NCBI GenBank assembly: GCA_041750285.1 | Contig: JBGSZS010000008.1 | Location: 64,001 to 128,000, forward strand | Direction: 5' to 3' | DNA length: 64,000 nt | From: Candidatus Fermentibacteraceae bacterium | Lineage (GTDB): Bacteria; Fermentibacterota; Fermentibacteria; Fermentibacterales; JCC-6 | Shown: piece after piece, positions 54,795 to 64,000 of the stretch | Position numbering within the stretch: position 1 is the first letter of the stretch | Layout: each line of letters starts with the position of its first letter | Made by a program: the position numbers and the translations under genes | Notes under the pieces: generated by a model | What the model was told of the DNA's origin: nothing | The model's database searches: none | What the model saw: only the letters and a program-made list of their open reading frames with translations

Positions 54795-57700
54795 TCAATC
54801 GTCGGGAATACCGGGTATCCCCAACCGGTCGGCCAGGCCACGCATCTTCAGGCCAAGTTCCTCTCCGACGTTCCTGCCCTCACAGACCGACACCGCCCGG
54901 AGGTGCAGATCTGAAGCCCTGTCACGATTCCCAGCCTCCAATTCCATCCCGGCAAGCATGCAAAGGGCTCCGGCTTCGCCGATCCCGTCTTCGGAAGCGC
55001 GACTCACCTCAAGGGATCTGCGGAGGACCTGGTCGGCCTGCTCGGACCTTCCGGTGAGTATCAGAAGTTCTGCAAGGCTGTTGAGGGTTTCCACCTCGTC
55101 GAGGGTCTGACCCGTTTCCTCCTGAATGGCAAGTGACTGCCTGAAAAGAGACTCGGCCTCCATGAACCTTCCATTCCTTGCGGCGAGTCTGCCGAGTTTT
55201 GCCAGGGTCTGGAGTTCGAGCAACCTGTTCCCCGTTTTCCTGTAGATGACAAGGGCCGAGTCGTAGTGTTTCCCGGCGTCTTCAAGCCTGCCCTCGAGCA
55301 GGGCGAGGATGCCCAGGTTCGCATGGGCGTTTGCCTCGCTCTGCAGATTTCCGGTCTCACCGGTCAGTTCAAGTGCTTTCCGGTAAAACTTCCCAGCCTG
55401 GTCAATGTCTCCGAGGCATCGGTGTATGACACCAATGTTCAGGAGTGTGTTCCCCTCGTACCACCTGTTCCGTGTTTCCCTGCTCACCTCGTTGGCTGTC
55501 CGAAAGAACTCCAGTGCTTCGGGGAGCCTCTCCAGGTTCCAGTTCGCTATCCCCAGCGAGTTAATGGCCATGCATTCGGCATTTCTGTCTCCGCACTTCC
55601 TGAAAAGGCTCAATGCCCTCTCTGACAGCTCCACACTTTCAAGGGGTCTGCCCTGCTTGATGCAGAGGGCGGCCATGTCGGCGAGCATTCCGCCATGGAC
55701 CTCCTCGTCACACAGCCCGGCCGATTCAATAATGGCCTGAGAAAGGGTCTCCCTGGCCTGCTCCAGCATGCCGGTGTGTATCTGCATCCTGCCCAGGCGC
55801 CCCATCACCATTACCGTCCAGTCGCGCCTTTCAGCCCTCCCTGCTGCATCTTCCAGTTCGCGCAGCAACAACGCCTGTTCCTCCCTCCGCCCCAGAAGGT
55901 CCAGGAATTTTTCACGGGCCATCATCACCTCGAACAGGGAATTGTCTCGATAGCTGCTTCCAGGCTGGCCTTTGATCAACCTGAGAAGGCGGTCGGTGAC
56001 AACCAGCCCCTCCTCATTGAGGAAATGGAGCTCACAATGCTCGAGGGCGCGGAGCCCCCACTCGATGGCTTTGCCAGAGTCACCCGCCAGGTCCCAGTGG
56101 TCGGCGATCACAACAGCCATGTCGCTCCTGCCTGCGGCAAAGTCCTGCTCCAGTGCCTGGGCGGCGAGCCTGTGCAGTACGGTTCGGTTCCGGAAGAGCA
56201 GCATGTCGTATGCCGCATCACGAATGAGAAGATGGGCGAAACGACGGCCTGGTTCTCCGCAGAAATCCATGGGCTTCAAGAAACCCCTTCCGCAGAGCTG
56301 CTTGAGGCATTCGGCCGGGGGGATGCCGTTTCCCGGAAGCACGTTGATCCTCGAGAACAGGTCGTCGGTGAATTCGGATCCAAGAACCGAAGCAAGAAGC
56401 AGGCCGGACTTCAGTCCGCCGGAGAGCCTGTCGATCCGCGACCTGATTATGCCGCCCAGGGATGCAGGCGCAGGAGGTGCGGCGGGATGAGGGTGGTATT
56501 CCCATCCGTTTCCGGTTTCCACAAGGCGTCCCGATTCGATCAGGTCAAGCACCATCTCCTCGATGAAGAACGGATTACCCCCGGATCTCTCCAGAACAGC
56601 TTCCCCGACCTCCCGGCTGACCTCGCACCCAAGCATGTGTCCGATGATCAGCTTCCCATCCTTTTTCTCCAGCTCCTCCAGCCTGATGATCCGATGCGGA
56701 TGCTCAGGACGCGCATCGGCATATCCGTCGGAGCGGTACGAAAGGAGAACAAGCACCCTGCGCAGGGGACGCAGGCCCCCGAGAATGAAATCGAGCACTT
56801 CCCGGGAAGCTGCATCGGCCCACTGGATGTCCTCGAGCAGAAGAAGCACTTCCCTGGAAGCGGATGCCGCCTCGATGATCTTCCTGAGAGAGATCATCAT
56901 CTCCTTTCGGCGTGAGTCGCGGCTCATCCCAGAGAAGGGCTGGGTTCCAGGGTCGAGTGATAGAAGGCTTCGAAGGAAGGGGAGCGTTCCTGCAAGGTCA
57001 TCGATTCGGATAGTTTCAGCGTTTGAGACGAGTCTTTCGACAAGGGCTTCGGGAGACCTGTCCTGCGAACCCAGCAGGAAATCTCCTGCAATGGCATCGG
57101 CGAGCATGGTTGACCAAAGCCCCAGGGGCGGCTGTGAGAATGAGAGATTCCTTCCGGTTAAAACCGCGGGCTTTTCGGAGCTGCGCGCAAGCTCACCGGC
57201 AAACTCGTAAAGCAGTCTGGACTTCCCGATGCCGGCCTCACCCGTTACGGAAACGACGGCAAACGAACCCGGTCCCAGCCCCTCCCAGATGGTACGAAGC
57301 AGGGAGAGCTCCCCTTCCCGGCCAAGATGAGGCGTTCCCGATATTCTGGCGGCCCTCTCCCACCTCTGAAGCGGAACCGTCCCGGGGCCTGTCGGCTGAT
57401 GGGCATGAACAGGGGCGGATCTTCCCCTGATGATCATCTCACCAAGGTCCGACCACGCGAACATTTCGCCGCACATGTCCCTTGCCCTCCCGGAAACCGC
57501 CGCACTGCCAAGGGGAGCCATGTCCGCAAGACGGGAAGCAACGTTCACCACATCTCCGGTTGCCGTCAGATGGCCGCAGGCATCGGGAGCGACAATGACC
57601 TGTCCGCAGCTCACACCGGCTCTTGCTTCCACCTTGATGCCTTCACCCGCAAGCATCTCGTTGACCTGGTCGAGGGCGCGGAGCATTCGAAGGGCGCTGT

Positions 57701-58025
57701 CAACGGCCCTCACCGAATCGTTGTCACCGGCCTGCTCGGCACCGAAGAGGGCCATGATCCGGTCCCCTTCCAGCTTGTCCACATAACCGCCTCCGCCGGA
57801 AACGATCCCCGAAAAGGCCTGCATGATACCGGTCACGAGATGATGGACCAGCTCGAAATCCAGCCTCTCCGCCAGAGCCGTGAAGCCGCTTATGTCAAGG
57901 AACAGAACGGCAACATCCCTTCTTTCTCCCGGATGAAGCCGTGGTCCCGAGCTGGCGGTGCCTGGCGAAATGCCCGTGATCCTGACAAGATCATCGGTGA
58001 GATTGTCAAGCAGCGATTGCCGCAC
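54795..58025 (-). CDS. Class III nucleotide cyclase + AAA ATPase + TPR protein
   Basis: FLDISGFT, KLEGDRIMA, GDVVNVASRL; GEAGIGKS, LEDIQWAD, GNPFFIEE; TPRs. Confidence 0.9.
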   Translation of the reverse strand: MRQSLLDNLTDDLVRITGISPGTASSGPRLHPGERRDVAVLFLDISGFTALAERLDFELVHHLVTGIMQAFSGIVSGGGGYVDKLEGDRIMALFGAEQAGDNDSVRAVDSALRMLRALDQVNEMLAGEGIKVEARAGVSCGQVIVAPDACGHLTATGDVVNVASRLADMAPLGSAAVSGRARDMCGEMFAWSDLGEMIIRGRSAPVHAHQPTGPGTVPLQRWERAARISGTPHLGREGELSLLRTIWEGLGPGSFAVVSVTGEAGIGKSRLLYEFAGELARSSEKPAVLTGRNLSFSQPPLGLWSTMLADAIAGDFLLGSQDRSPEALVERLVSNAETIRIDDLAGTLPFLRSLLSLDPGTQPFSGMSRDSRRKEMMISLRKIIEAASASREVLLLLEDIQWADAASREVLDFILGGLRPLRRVLVLLSYRSDGYADARPEHPHRIIRLEELEKKDGKLIIGHMLGCEVSREVGEAVLERSGGNPFFIEEMVLDLIESGRLVETGNGWEYHPHPAAPPAPASLGGIIRSRIDRLSGGLKSGLLLASVLGSEFTDDLFSRINVLPGNGIPPAECLKQLCGRGFLKPMDFCGEPGRRFAHLLIRDAAYDMLLFRNRTVLHRLAAQALEQDFAAGRSDMAVVIADHWDLAGDSGKAIEWGLRALEHCELHFLNEEGLVVTDRLLRLIKGQPGSSYRDNSLFEVMMAREKFLDLLGRREEQALLLRELEDAAGRAERRDWTVMVMGRLGRMQIHTGMLEQARETLSQAIIESAGLCDEEVHGGMLADMAALCIKQGRPLESVELSERALSLFRKCGDRNAECMAINSLGIANWNLERLPEALEFFRTANEVSRETRNRWYEGNTLLNIGVIHRCLGDIDQAGKFYRKALELTGETGNLQSEANAHANLGILALLEGRLEDAGKHYDSALVIYRKTGNRLLELQTLAKLGRLAARNGRFMEAESLFRQSLAIQEETGQTLDEVETLNSLAELLILTGRSEQADQVLRRSLEVSRASEDGIGEAGALCMLAGMELEAGNRDRASDLHLRAVSVCEGRNVGEELGLKMRGLADRLGIPGIPDD

Positions 58026-58150
58026 GTGTCCCCCCTGAGTGTTCGGGTCTGCGGCGACAATACCCGCCGGCCGCCGGTATGGTCAATCCGGACTTTCCGT
58101 CGCCGGAACTTCATCCGCAGGTTATGTTCAACAGAGTGAAGGGAGGAAGC

Positions 58151-58705
58151 ATGATTGATCCCGATCCAACCGATCCCCTCCTCGGGGGCAGGGTGCATGT
58201 CTACACGGGGAACGGGAAGGGTAAGACCACTGCGGCTCTGGGGCTTGCGTTGCGCTTCGCCTGCTCGGGCCGGAGGGTTTACATCGGCCAGTTCATGAAG
58301 GGAAGCGACTACTCAGAATTGTGCCTTCCCCTGCATTTCCCCGGGCTGGTCACAATGGAGCAGTATGGAACTCCCCGCCTGCTCTGTCAGGGCGAGACAC
58401 CCTCGAAAGATGACATAGACAGGGCAAAGCAAGGCCTTCACCTGATCAGGGAAGCGGTATCAGGGGGATCGTACGGGCTCGTTGTCGCCGATGAGCTCAA
58501 CGTGACGGTTCACCTGGGGCTGCTTTCGGTCCATGATGCCCTCTGCGTTGTCAAGGAAAGGGCACAGGGAGTTGAGCTGGTCCTCACAGGAAGACATGCC
58601 CCGAAGGAGTTCATCGACGCCGCTGACCTGGTAACGGAGATGACCGAGATCAGGCACTACTACAACACCGAGAAGCTTAAGGCCCGGAGGGGCATAGAAT
58701 ACTAG
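58151..58705 (+). CDS. cobO: Cob(I)alamin adenosyltransferase
   Basis: VHVYTGNGKGKTTAALGLALR, QFMKG, ADEL, LTGR, ADLVTEM, RRGIEY. Confidence 0.93.
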   Translation: MIDPDPTDPLLGGRVHVYTGNGKGKTTAALGLALRFACSGRRVYIGQFMKGSDYSELCLPLHFPGLVTMEQYGTPRLLCQGETPSKDDIDRAKQGLHLIREAVSGGSYGLVVADELNVTVHLGLLSVHDALCVVKERAQGVELVLTGRHAPKEFIDAADLVTEMTEIRHYYNTEKLKARRGIEY

Positions 58706-58722
58706 GGAAAGGCAGAGCACTC

Positions 58723-59784
58723 ATGGTGTTGATTCTGTTCGCACTTGGGCTCAACCCCGAGCCGGTGCAGGTGGCGGAGGATGCGGTTTCCGTGGTTCCC
58801 CTCGACGGGACCACGGTGCTTGTCATCGACGGCGAGGGGGCCGGATACACCCTGAATCTCGGGACAGGGCAAAGAGACCCATGGAGTCCCTCATGGTCGC
58901 CCGGTGAGGACGGGTGGGAGGATGACGGATACGTCTTCGCCACCGACCTGAGCCCCGACGGCAACCATCTGCTGATCCTGAAGGGGGTCTACACTCCCGA
59001 CCGCTTCGGCTTTCCACGGGGATTCGACGGAATGAGGAGCGTCATACTGGTCATCCTGAGCAGACCTGACGGTTCGGACGCAACGCCTGTTGCGGTAAGC
59101 ATTGCGGCGGGGGGCGGCCCCGATTTCGCATTCACGGCTGATTCACGATTCATCGTGGGCGGGCCGATGTTCGACTGCGAACCAACCCCCGGGGAATATT
59201 CGGCCCTGATCAGAAGCGATTCCGGAAGCTTCACGATGGAGCCGGTGAACAGGATAACGGTCTCCACCGGGGAACGAAGCCTGATCGCCGGCCTGGACAT
59301 CGCAGACGGCTTCTGGAAGTGCCCGTACAGTGACTGGGCCAGGCTTGAGAACAACTGGTACGCCGAACACACGTTCAGCAACATCGCAACTGGCGGAGTT
59401 GCAGGATTCTTCAGGGTACCGGGAGGCGAGGCCAGGGTACACGGCTGGGTGCTGGAAGACGCACTTCTAATGACTGCTCAGAAGGGACAGGGGCTTCTCT
59501 ACGTCGACGGTTCTTTCGTGCCCTGTCCTTCAGGCACCTGGGACGTTCTTTCATGGCTTCCCGACGGCCGGTTCATCTACGAGAGGAACGGAAGCGGAGA
59601 CTTCCTGCTTGGAGAGGTTGACTGGGGGACTTTCACTGCGGGACCCTTCGCGGTGCCGGTGGATATTCCCGAAGACATCAGGCAGACGATCGTGAAGCCC
59701 ATGCCGGGCGTGCCTTGTACCGGCGTCCTCTTTCACGACAGATGGGGCAGCGGCAATCTGTGGTTCCTGAGGACGGGAGAATGA
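58723..59784 (+). CDS. Hypothetical secreted protein (TolB-like beta-propeller)
   Basis: WSPG, LSPDG, FTADSR, WLPDGR motifs. Confidence 0.6.
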   Translation: MVLILFALGLNPEPVQVAEDAVSVVPLDGTTVLVIDGEGAGYTLNLGTGQRDPWSPSWSPGEDGWEDDGYVFATDLSPDGNHLLILKGVYTPDRFGFPRGFDGMRSVILVILSRPDGSDATPVAVSIAAGGGPDFAFTADSRFIVGGPMFDCEPTPGEYSALIRSDSGSFTMEPVNRITVSTGERSLIAGLDIADGFWKCPYSDWARLENNWYAEHTFSNIATGGVAGFFRVPGGEARVHGWVLEDALLMTAQKGQGLLYVDGSFVPCPSGTWDVLSWLPDGRFIYERNGSGDFLLGEVDWGTFTAGPFAVPVDIPEDIRQTIVKPMPGVPCTGVLFHDRWGSGNLWFLRTGE

Positions 59785-61061
59785 TGACACGCATTGGATG
59801 CTTCAGAGAGGTCGCGGCCGTCCTTCTGCTTGCATCCACAGCTGTGGGAAACGGTGGCCCTGTTGACATGTCGATGGTGGTCTCCACGGGGAATCTGCGT
59901 TTTCTGAACGTGCCGGGAGTGGAGCTTCTGTCAGAGGAACTGAACATTGCCATGGAAAGGGATCATGCTGTGGTGAGGGTCGTCTACAGGCTCGAAAACC
60001 ACGGTGCGACAACCCGGATAACCTACGGGTTCCCGGTGGAGACCTTCGACCGGATGGAATGGGAACCCGAGCGGGAAGACTTCTCCTCATTCCGTTTCAC
60101 GGTGGACGGAGTAACGGTTGCACCCGGTCAGCCTGTGGCGGAGGACACCCTGACACTGGAGATCGAGGGCATGGAACAGTCCGGAAGGATGGTCCGCTCT
60201 TGGCGTTCCATCGAGCTTGATCTGGCCGGGAACGGGCAGACCGTGGTGGAAGTGGACTACAGGGTCAGACCCTGTTTCATGGACTGGTCTTCCAACAAGT
60301 CCGCATTCGTCTCCTACTCCCACCGATACTTCCGCTACCTCCTGGATCCTTCCGGAAACTGGGGAGACGGTACCGTGCAAAGCTTCCGGTGCACCCTGGA
60401 TTTCAGGGAACTCCTCCGGAAGGGAGGGGAAGTGATCTCACTGCCCGGAGGGGGAGACTGGATCGAGCCCGGCCTGTACAGGATAGACAGGGAGGAGTTC
60501 GACCTGGCTTCGGCTCCGCCGATGGAACTGGTTTACGACGTGACGGCTTGGAAGTGGACGGACTATGTCGTCGAACAAAGGTTTCCGGCCGACTCCCTTG
60601 AGGTTGTTTCCTCCAGCCCGTCGCTCCCTCCGTCCGGGGAAGTGTCGTACCGATTGGAGAACCTCTTCGACGGCCGTCCGGAAACAGCCTGGGCACTCTC
60701 GTTGGAGGAGAATCCCGAGCCCCGGTTGACGGTGGACCTCAGGGGGGAGATCCTGAGTTGCGTGGCCCTGATCCCGGGCTACGCCCGAAGCCGGGAAACC
60801 TGGACCGGCAACGCCCGTATCAGGTCGGCCACCGTGACTGTCTACTACTCGAACCAAGGTTACCCGCATGTCTATGAAAACGATGTTGAACTGCCGGATA
60901 CGGACTTTCCTGAAGACATCCCAATGTCCCGGGCCATGCAGGTGCTGTTCAGTTCGGGCGAATACCTTCCGGTGGACTCGGTGACCGTTCGATTCACCGG
61001 GGTCTATCCCGGAGCAGTCTGGAACGATCTTTGCGTTTCGGAGTTGATCCTCACCAGATGA
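59781..61061 (+). CDS. Secreted DUF4424-like + discoidin/NADase-type glycan-binding domain protein
   Basis: SEELNI..V.VVYRLEN, YGFP, YLLDPSGNW; NLFDGRPETAW, VYPGAVWNDLCVSEL. Confidence 0.7.
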   Translation: MMTRIGCFREVAAVLLLASTAVGNGGPVDMSMVVSTGNLRFLNVPGVELLSEELNIAMERDHAVVRVVYRLENHGATTRITYGFPVETFDRMEWEPEREDFSSFRFTVDGVTVAPGQPVAEDTLTLEIEGMEQSGRMVRSWRSIELDLAGNGQTVVEVDYRVRPCFMDWSSNKSAFVSYSHRYFRYLLDPSGNWGDGTVQSFRCTLDFRELLRKGGEVISLPGGGDWIEPGLYRIDREEFDLASAPPMELVYDVTAWKWTDYVVEQRFPADSLEVVSSSPSLPPSGEVSYRLENLFDGRPETAWALSLEENPEPRLTVDLRGEILSCVALIPGYARSRETWTGNARIRSATVTVYYSNQGYPHVYENDVELPDTDFPEDIPMSRAMQVLFSSGEYLPVDSVTVRFTGVYPGAVWNDLCVSELILTR

Positions 61062-61933
61062 AGGCGGTTTCAGCGGTTCTGCTGATTGTTGTCGCTGTGC
61101 GTGGCAGTGTTCACTCCGTGGTTCTGCCCCCGCCGGCGGGAACCGAGGTCCTGGAAATCACCTCCGGCGACACCCTTCTGGTTCTGTGCGCCGGATCGGT
61201 ATGGGTCCTGACCCCCGTCCGCAGGGCCTATGACAACATGATCCCCGGAGGCAGACCCGCCGGGGTGGGAGTAGACTCCATTGCCTACCGGGTGGATGAT
61301 CCCGGGCAGGAACGCACCCTGATTCCAAGTCCGGGGGTGTTCTACCTGGCCTCGGACCTGCCTGCAACCTTTCCGAACGACACCTTCTTTCTTGTGGAGC
61401 CCCCATATATCGCCTTCCCCGGAACAATCGTTCAGGTGGCCGTGAGAGCCGATGACACATACATCGGCTACCTCATGGAGCTTATCAACACTCCCTTCGT
61501 AATGACCCCGAGGCTTACGCCTGAAGGCCGTCATCAGTCGGACGCCCGGCTTGGAACGGATTGCGCCGGACTGGCTGTATACGGACGCAGAAGGATGGGA
61601 CACCAGGTGCAGTATCTGGGGCCTTCGGGAATTGTCAGATACCTAGACGATCTCGGAAACGGAATGCTCGCACCCCGGCTGGTGTCCGGGATCGAGCTGT
61701 ACACGGACAGTTCCGGGGCGCCGATGCCGGTCGGGGAAGGAGGGCTGCTTCCCGGCGACATCCTGCACTTTCAGGTACAGGTATCGGTTTTTTACGGTGA
61801 TTGCGGGAGTATCGGCCTGCTGGATCCCGATGATCTCGTGATACAGTCATGGTTCGACGGGCCGCACATCTGCACGATCCGGGATAACGGCTTCTTTCCC
61901 CGCCCCTTGAGTGTTCACCGCTGGAGGGAGTGA
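61058..61933 (+). CDS. Secreted NlpC/P60-like protein
   Basis: GTDCAGL, PGDILHF; ATGA overlap. Confidence 0.5.
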   Translation: MKAVSAVLLIVVAVRGSVHSVVLPPPAGTEVLEITSGDTLLVLCAGSVWVLTPVRRAYDNMIPGGRPAGVGVDSIAYRVDDPGQERTLIPSPGVFYLASDLPATFPNDTFFLVEPPYIAFPGTIVQVAVRADDTYIGYLMELINTPFVMTPRLTPEGRHQSDARLGTDCAGLAVYGRRRMGHQVQYLGPSGIVRYLDDLGNGMLAPRLVSGIELYTDSSGAPMPVGEGGLLPGDILHFQVQVSVFYGDCGSIGLLDPDDLVIQSWFDGPHICTIRDNGFFPRPLSVHRWRE

Positions 61934-62688
61934 CGACCGTTCTTCTTCGGTGAGATCGACCTTATCCCGGTCATTCTCAGAAGCTCATCATCCGGGATGG
62001 TTCCGGCGGGGCACACCGCAAAACAGTTGTGGCAGTAGAAACCCCTGGCTTCCAGGGCCGCCCTCTTTGCCATGCAGGCTTCGCGGGACCACGATTCGGG
62101 GTATTCCTTCCCGGGGCTGAAGGCTCTGGCGGGACAGGCTTCGATGCAGAGAGAGCAGTCCCGGCAGGGATCGAAGCCCTCGAGGGGTTTGTCCGGCTCC
62201 ATCTCCGCATCGGTCATGATCGCACCGAGGCACATCCTGTTCCCGAGAACCGGGTTTATCAGAAGGCCCGATTTCCCGTAAACACCCAGCCCCGCCAGGT
62301 AACCGCTCAGCTTGCACTGGATAGCTCTCAGACTGAAGGCGTGCCCGCCCATTTCCAGAAACGCCATGGCCGCCAGGGCAACCGGCGCTGTCATCTGACG
62401 CGCAAGCCTGTTCATTGCGAAACGGTCCGAACAGAGCGTGGATGGAACGGGACCAAGGGGGCGCGGACCCTGGAAGGGGGCCAGCGGTCCGACGAATGTG
62501 TTGTTCGACCATGGAGTCATGGCCACGGCATAAACAACGATGGACCTGCAGGAAGGCCATATCTCAAGCGGGCTGTAACCGTCAACGGCCTTGTCGTAGC
62601 CTTCCAGCGGCGAAGCGATGCCTGCGTCGAAGGCACCTGCGCTTCTCAGACGGTTCCTGAGCGCATCTTTCAATTCTCTCACCCTCAA
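61915..62688 (-). CDS. QueG/reductive-dehalogenase-like 4Fe-4S protein
   Basis: AGLGVYGKSGLLINPVLG, CRDCSLCIEACP, CHNCFAVCP. Confidence 0.82.
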   Translation of the reverse strand: MRVRELKDALRNRLRSAGAFDAGIASPLEGYDKAVDGYSPLEIWPSCRSIVVYAVAMTPWSNNTFVGPLAPFQGPRPLGPVPSTLCSDRFAMNRLARQMTAPVALAAMAFLEMGGHAFSLRAIQCKLSGYLAGLGVYGKSGLLINPVLGNRMCLGAIMTDAEMEPDKPLEGFDPCRDCSLCIEACPARAFSPGKEYPESWSREACMAKRAALEARGFYCHNCFAVCPAGTIPDDELLRMTGIRSISPKKNGRHSLQR

Positions 62689-63245
62689 TCGTATACGTAT
62701 CCGCCGGTGTTCTCCTCAAGCCCGCATCCGAGGGCAAGGACAAGTCTGTTCACGAAGTTGAAATAGGCAACGACCTGCACTGCGTCCAGTATGCCGCGAT
62801 CGCTGAGGCCGTGTTCCCTGAGCCTGCTCGTGAGCGCGCCGGCGTCACCGGGCATTTTGGTGATGTTTTGGGCCAGAACGCAGAGGTCGCTGTCGAGAGG
62901 GGTCAGGGCCGGTAGAACCGACATGTGGTCACGCGCCAGGGCGGCACACCTCTCGCCGTCCTTCCAGAAGTGGTTAAGCGCCTCGATGTGGTGGGCCACA
63001 CAGTAAGCGCAGCCGTTGGCGGCGCTTGTCACCACACCCATCATCTCCCGCTGCGGCCGGGACAGGTCGGACCTGCCGAAAACCACCGAACGGTAGAGGT
63101 TCATGTGATTTTCGAGGGAATCGGGATCGAGGCTCTGAAGGGTGTGGACTGCGGCAATCCCGCCCCTTCCCGATGAGATTGCCCGGTAGACCTCGGCAAG
63201 CCTCCCCCCTGCATCCTTCGGGTCTATCGTGTTGATGTGCGGCAT
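62685..63245 (-). CDS. Peroxidase-related AhpD/CMD-family protein
   Basis: SRPQREM..VVTSAANGCAYCVAHH, VVAYFNFVNR. Confidence 0.88.
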   Translation of the reverse strand: MPHINTIDPKDAGGRLAEVYRAISSGRGGIAAVHTLQSLDPDSLENHMNLYRSVVFGRSDLSRPQREMMGVVTSAANGCAYCVAHHIEALNHFWKDGERCAALARDHMSVLPALTPLDSDLCVLAQNITKMPGDAGALTSRLREHGLSDRGILDAVQVVAYFNFVNRLVLALGCGLEENTGGYVYD

Positions 63246-63267
63246 TTCGTCCCTTCAGGGCCCCGGC

Positions 63268-63810
63268 TCACTCCGTGATCAGCGTGACGACCGGCGTGTT
63301 CTCGGAGACCGAACCCCTTTCAGCAGTGAGATTCCCGCTCGAAAGGTACCTTCGGCCAGGCGCAGTCCATCCGAACACGTAAAGATAGCCTGACACGGAT
63401 TCAAACCTCAACTCGAGAAGGATGTCACCCTCCTCATACTCCCAGGGCGTGTCGAAGGTGAAGGCCACCATGCCTTCCCCGTCAGCTGTGACCGTGAGCA
63501 CTTCACTGCCGATGACACGGGTCGGGGATACCCTGTTCGCCTGGAATTCAGGACCGAGCTCGCTTCCGCCTGCCAGACCGATGAACACCGCAGCGTTGGT
63601 TATGGTTGCGCTGCGTGAACCTGAAGGGCTTCTGTGGAAAGCGAACCCGGTTATGGTTGCGGGACCCGGGATCTCTTCGGACGGCACCACCAACTGGCAG
63701 TGTATGGTCGACGAACCTCAACCGCCGCAGAGTGGTTCCGACAGCGGAAACTCCTTCTGTCCGGCAGTGAAGGTCCCTGCCAGAATGGCCATGCCTATGA
63801 GATGGTGCAT
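63268..63810 (-). CDS. Putative exported selenoprotein, 180 aa, CGGU motif
   Basis: AGGAGGAG RBS, ATG 63810, signal-like MHHLIGMAILAG; PLCGG-TGA(63718-63720)-GSSTIHCQ in frame with ORF 63268..63693. Confidence 0.7.
63685..63702 (-). promoter_or_regulatory. SECIS-like hairpin
   Basis: CACUGCC-AGUU-GGUGGUG starting 15 nt after the UGA; G at loop position 2. Confidence 0.5.
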
Positions 63811-63883
63811 TGCTCCTCCTGATCGGATCGGTTTTTCCCACGTGTGTCACGGGGTATACACCAGTGAAAGGGCATCCGTTCCA

Positions 63884-64000
63884 TCAGCCTCTGCCGGCTG
63901 GTTCAGTTACGGGAAGGGTGAGACACGGGGGCTCCTGCTCTACCAGGACCATTGTCCTCCATGGTCCCTTCCTGTAACGGAGGAAGTAGCCGAGGGCAAG
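63884..64000 (-). CDS. C-terminal fragment of a membrane protein, probably a MATE efflux transporter
   Basis: Manual translation LALGYFLRYRKGPWRTMVLVE...GRG* resembles MATE C-termini. Confidence 0.5.
   Translation of the reverse strand, partial: LALGYFLRYRKGPWRTMVLVEQEPPCLTLPVTEPAGRG

Noticed and set aside
58026..58150. Possible cobalamin riboswitch upstream of cobO
   Set aside because: No B12-box or GCCACTG/GGGAAG elements; the region is short and shared with a divergent gene
1..64000. Alternative genetic code (UGA = Trp/Gly) to explain the two in-frame UGAs
   Set aside because: Many complete genes end in TGA with ATGA/GTGA overlaps, and TGG is used for Trp

Overview
GC-rich bacterial chromosomal segment from an anaerobe (NifJ, rubrerythrin, 2-hydroxyacyl-CoA dehydratase-family/activase genes). 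It encodes many secreted proteins with T9SS/FlgD-like C-terminal domains or a short C-terminal 'TFGAIKAxxR' tail, which suggests an FCB-group candidate lineage such as Ca. Fermentibacteria (inference). There are about 60 CDSs, mostly housekeeping or accessory singletons, plus a double toxin-antitoxin islet next to a tRNA 3'-end remnant. I saw no CRISPR array, rRNA, intact tRNA or transposase. The most notable signals are two in-frame UGA codons missed by the ORF track, each followed by a SECIS-like hairpin. (1) A 31-codon leader peptide (29482-29577, minus strand) lies between a sigma70-like promoter and a methyltransferase + three dehydratase-family/double-cubane + activase operon; UGA read-through would move the ribosome onto an anti-Shine-Dalgarno stem, i.e. 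a candidate selenocysteine-sensing translational attenuator. (2) A putatively exported 180-aa protein with a CGGU (CxxU) motif (63268-63810) lies directly upstream of a peroxidase-like/Fe-S gene pair. Family assignments come from motif recognition, not database searches.
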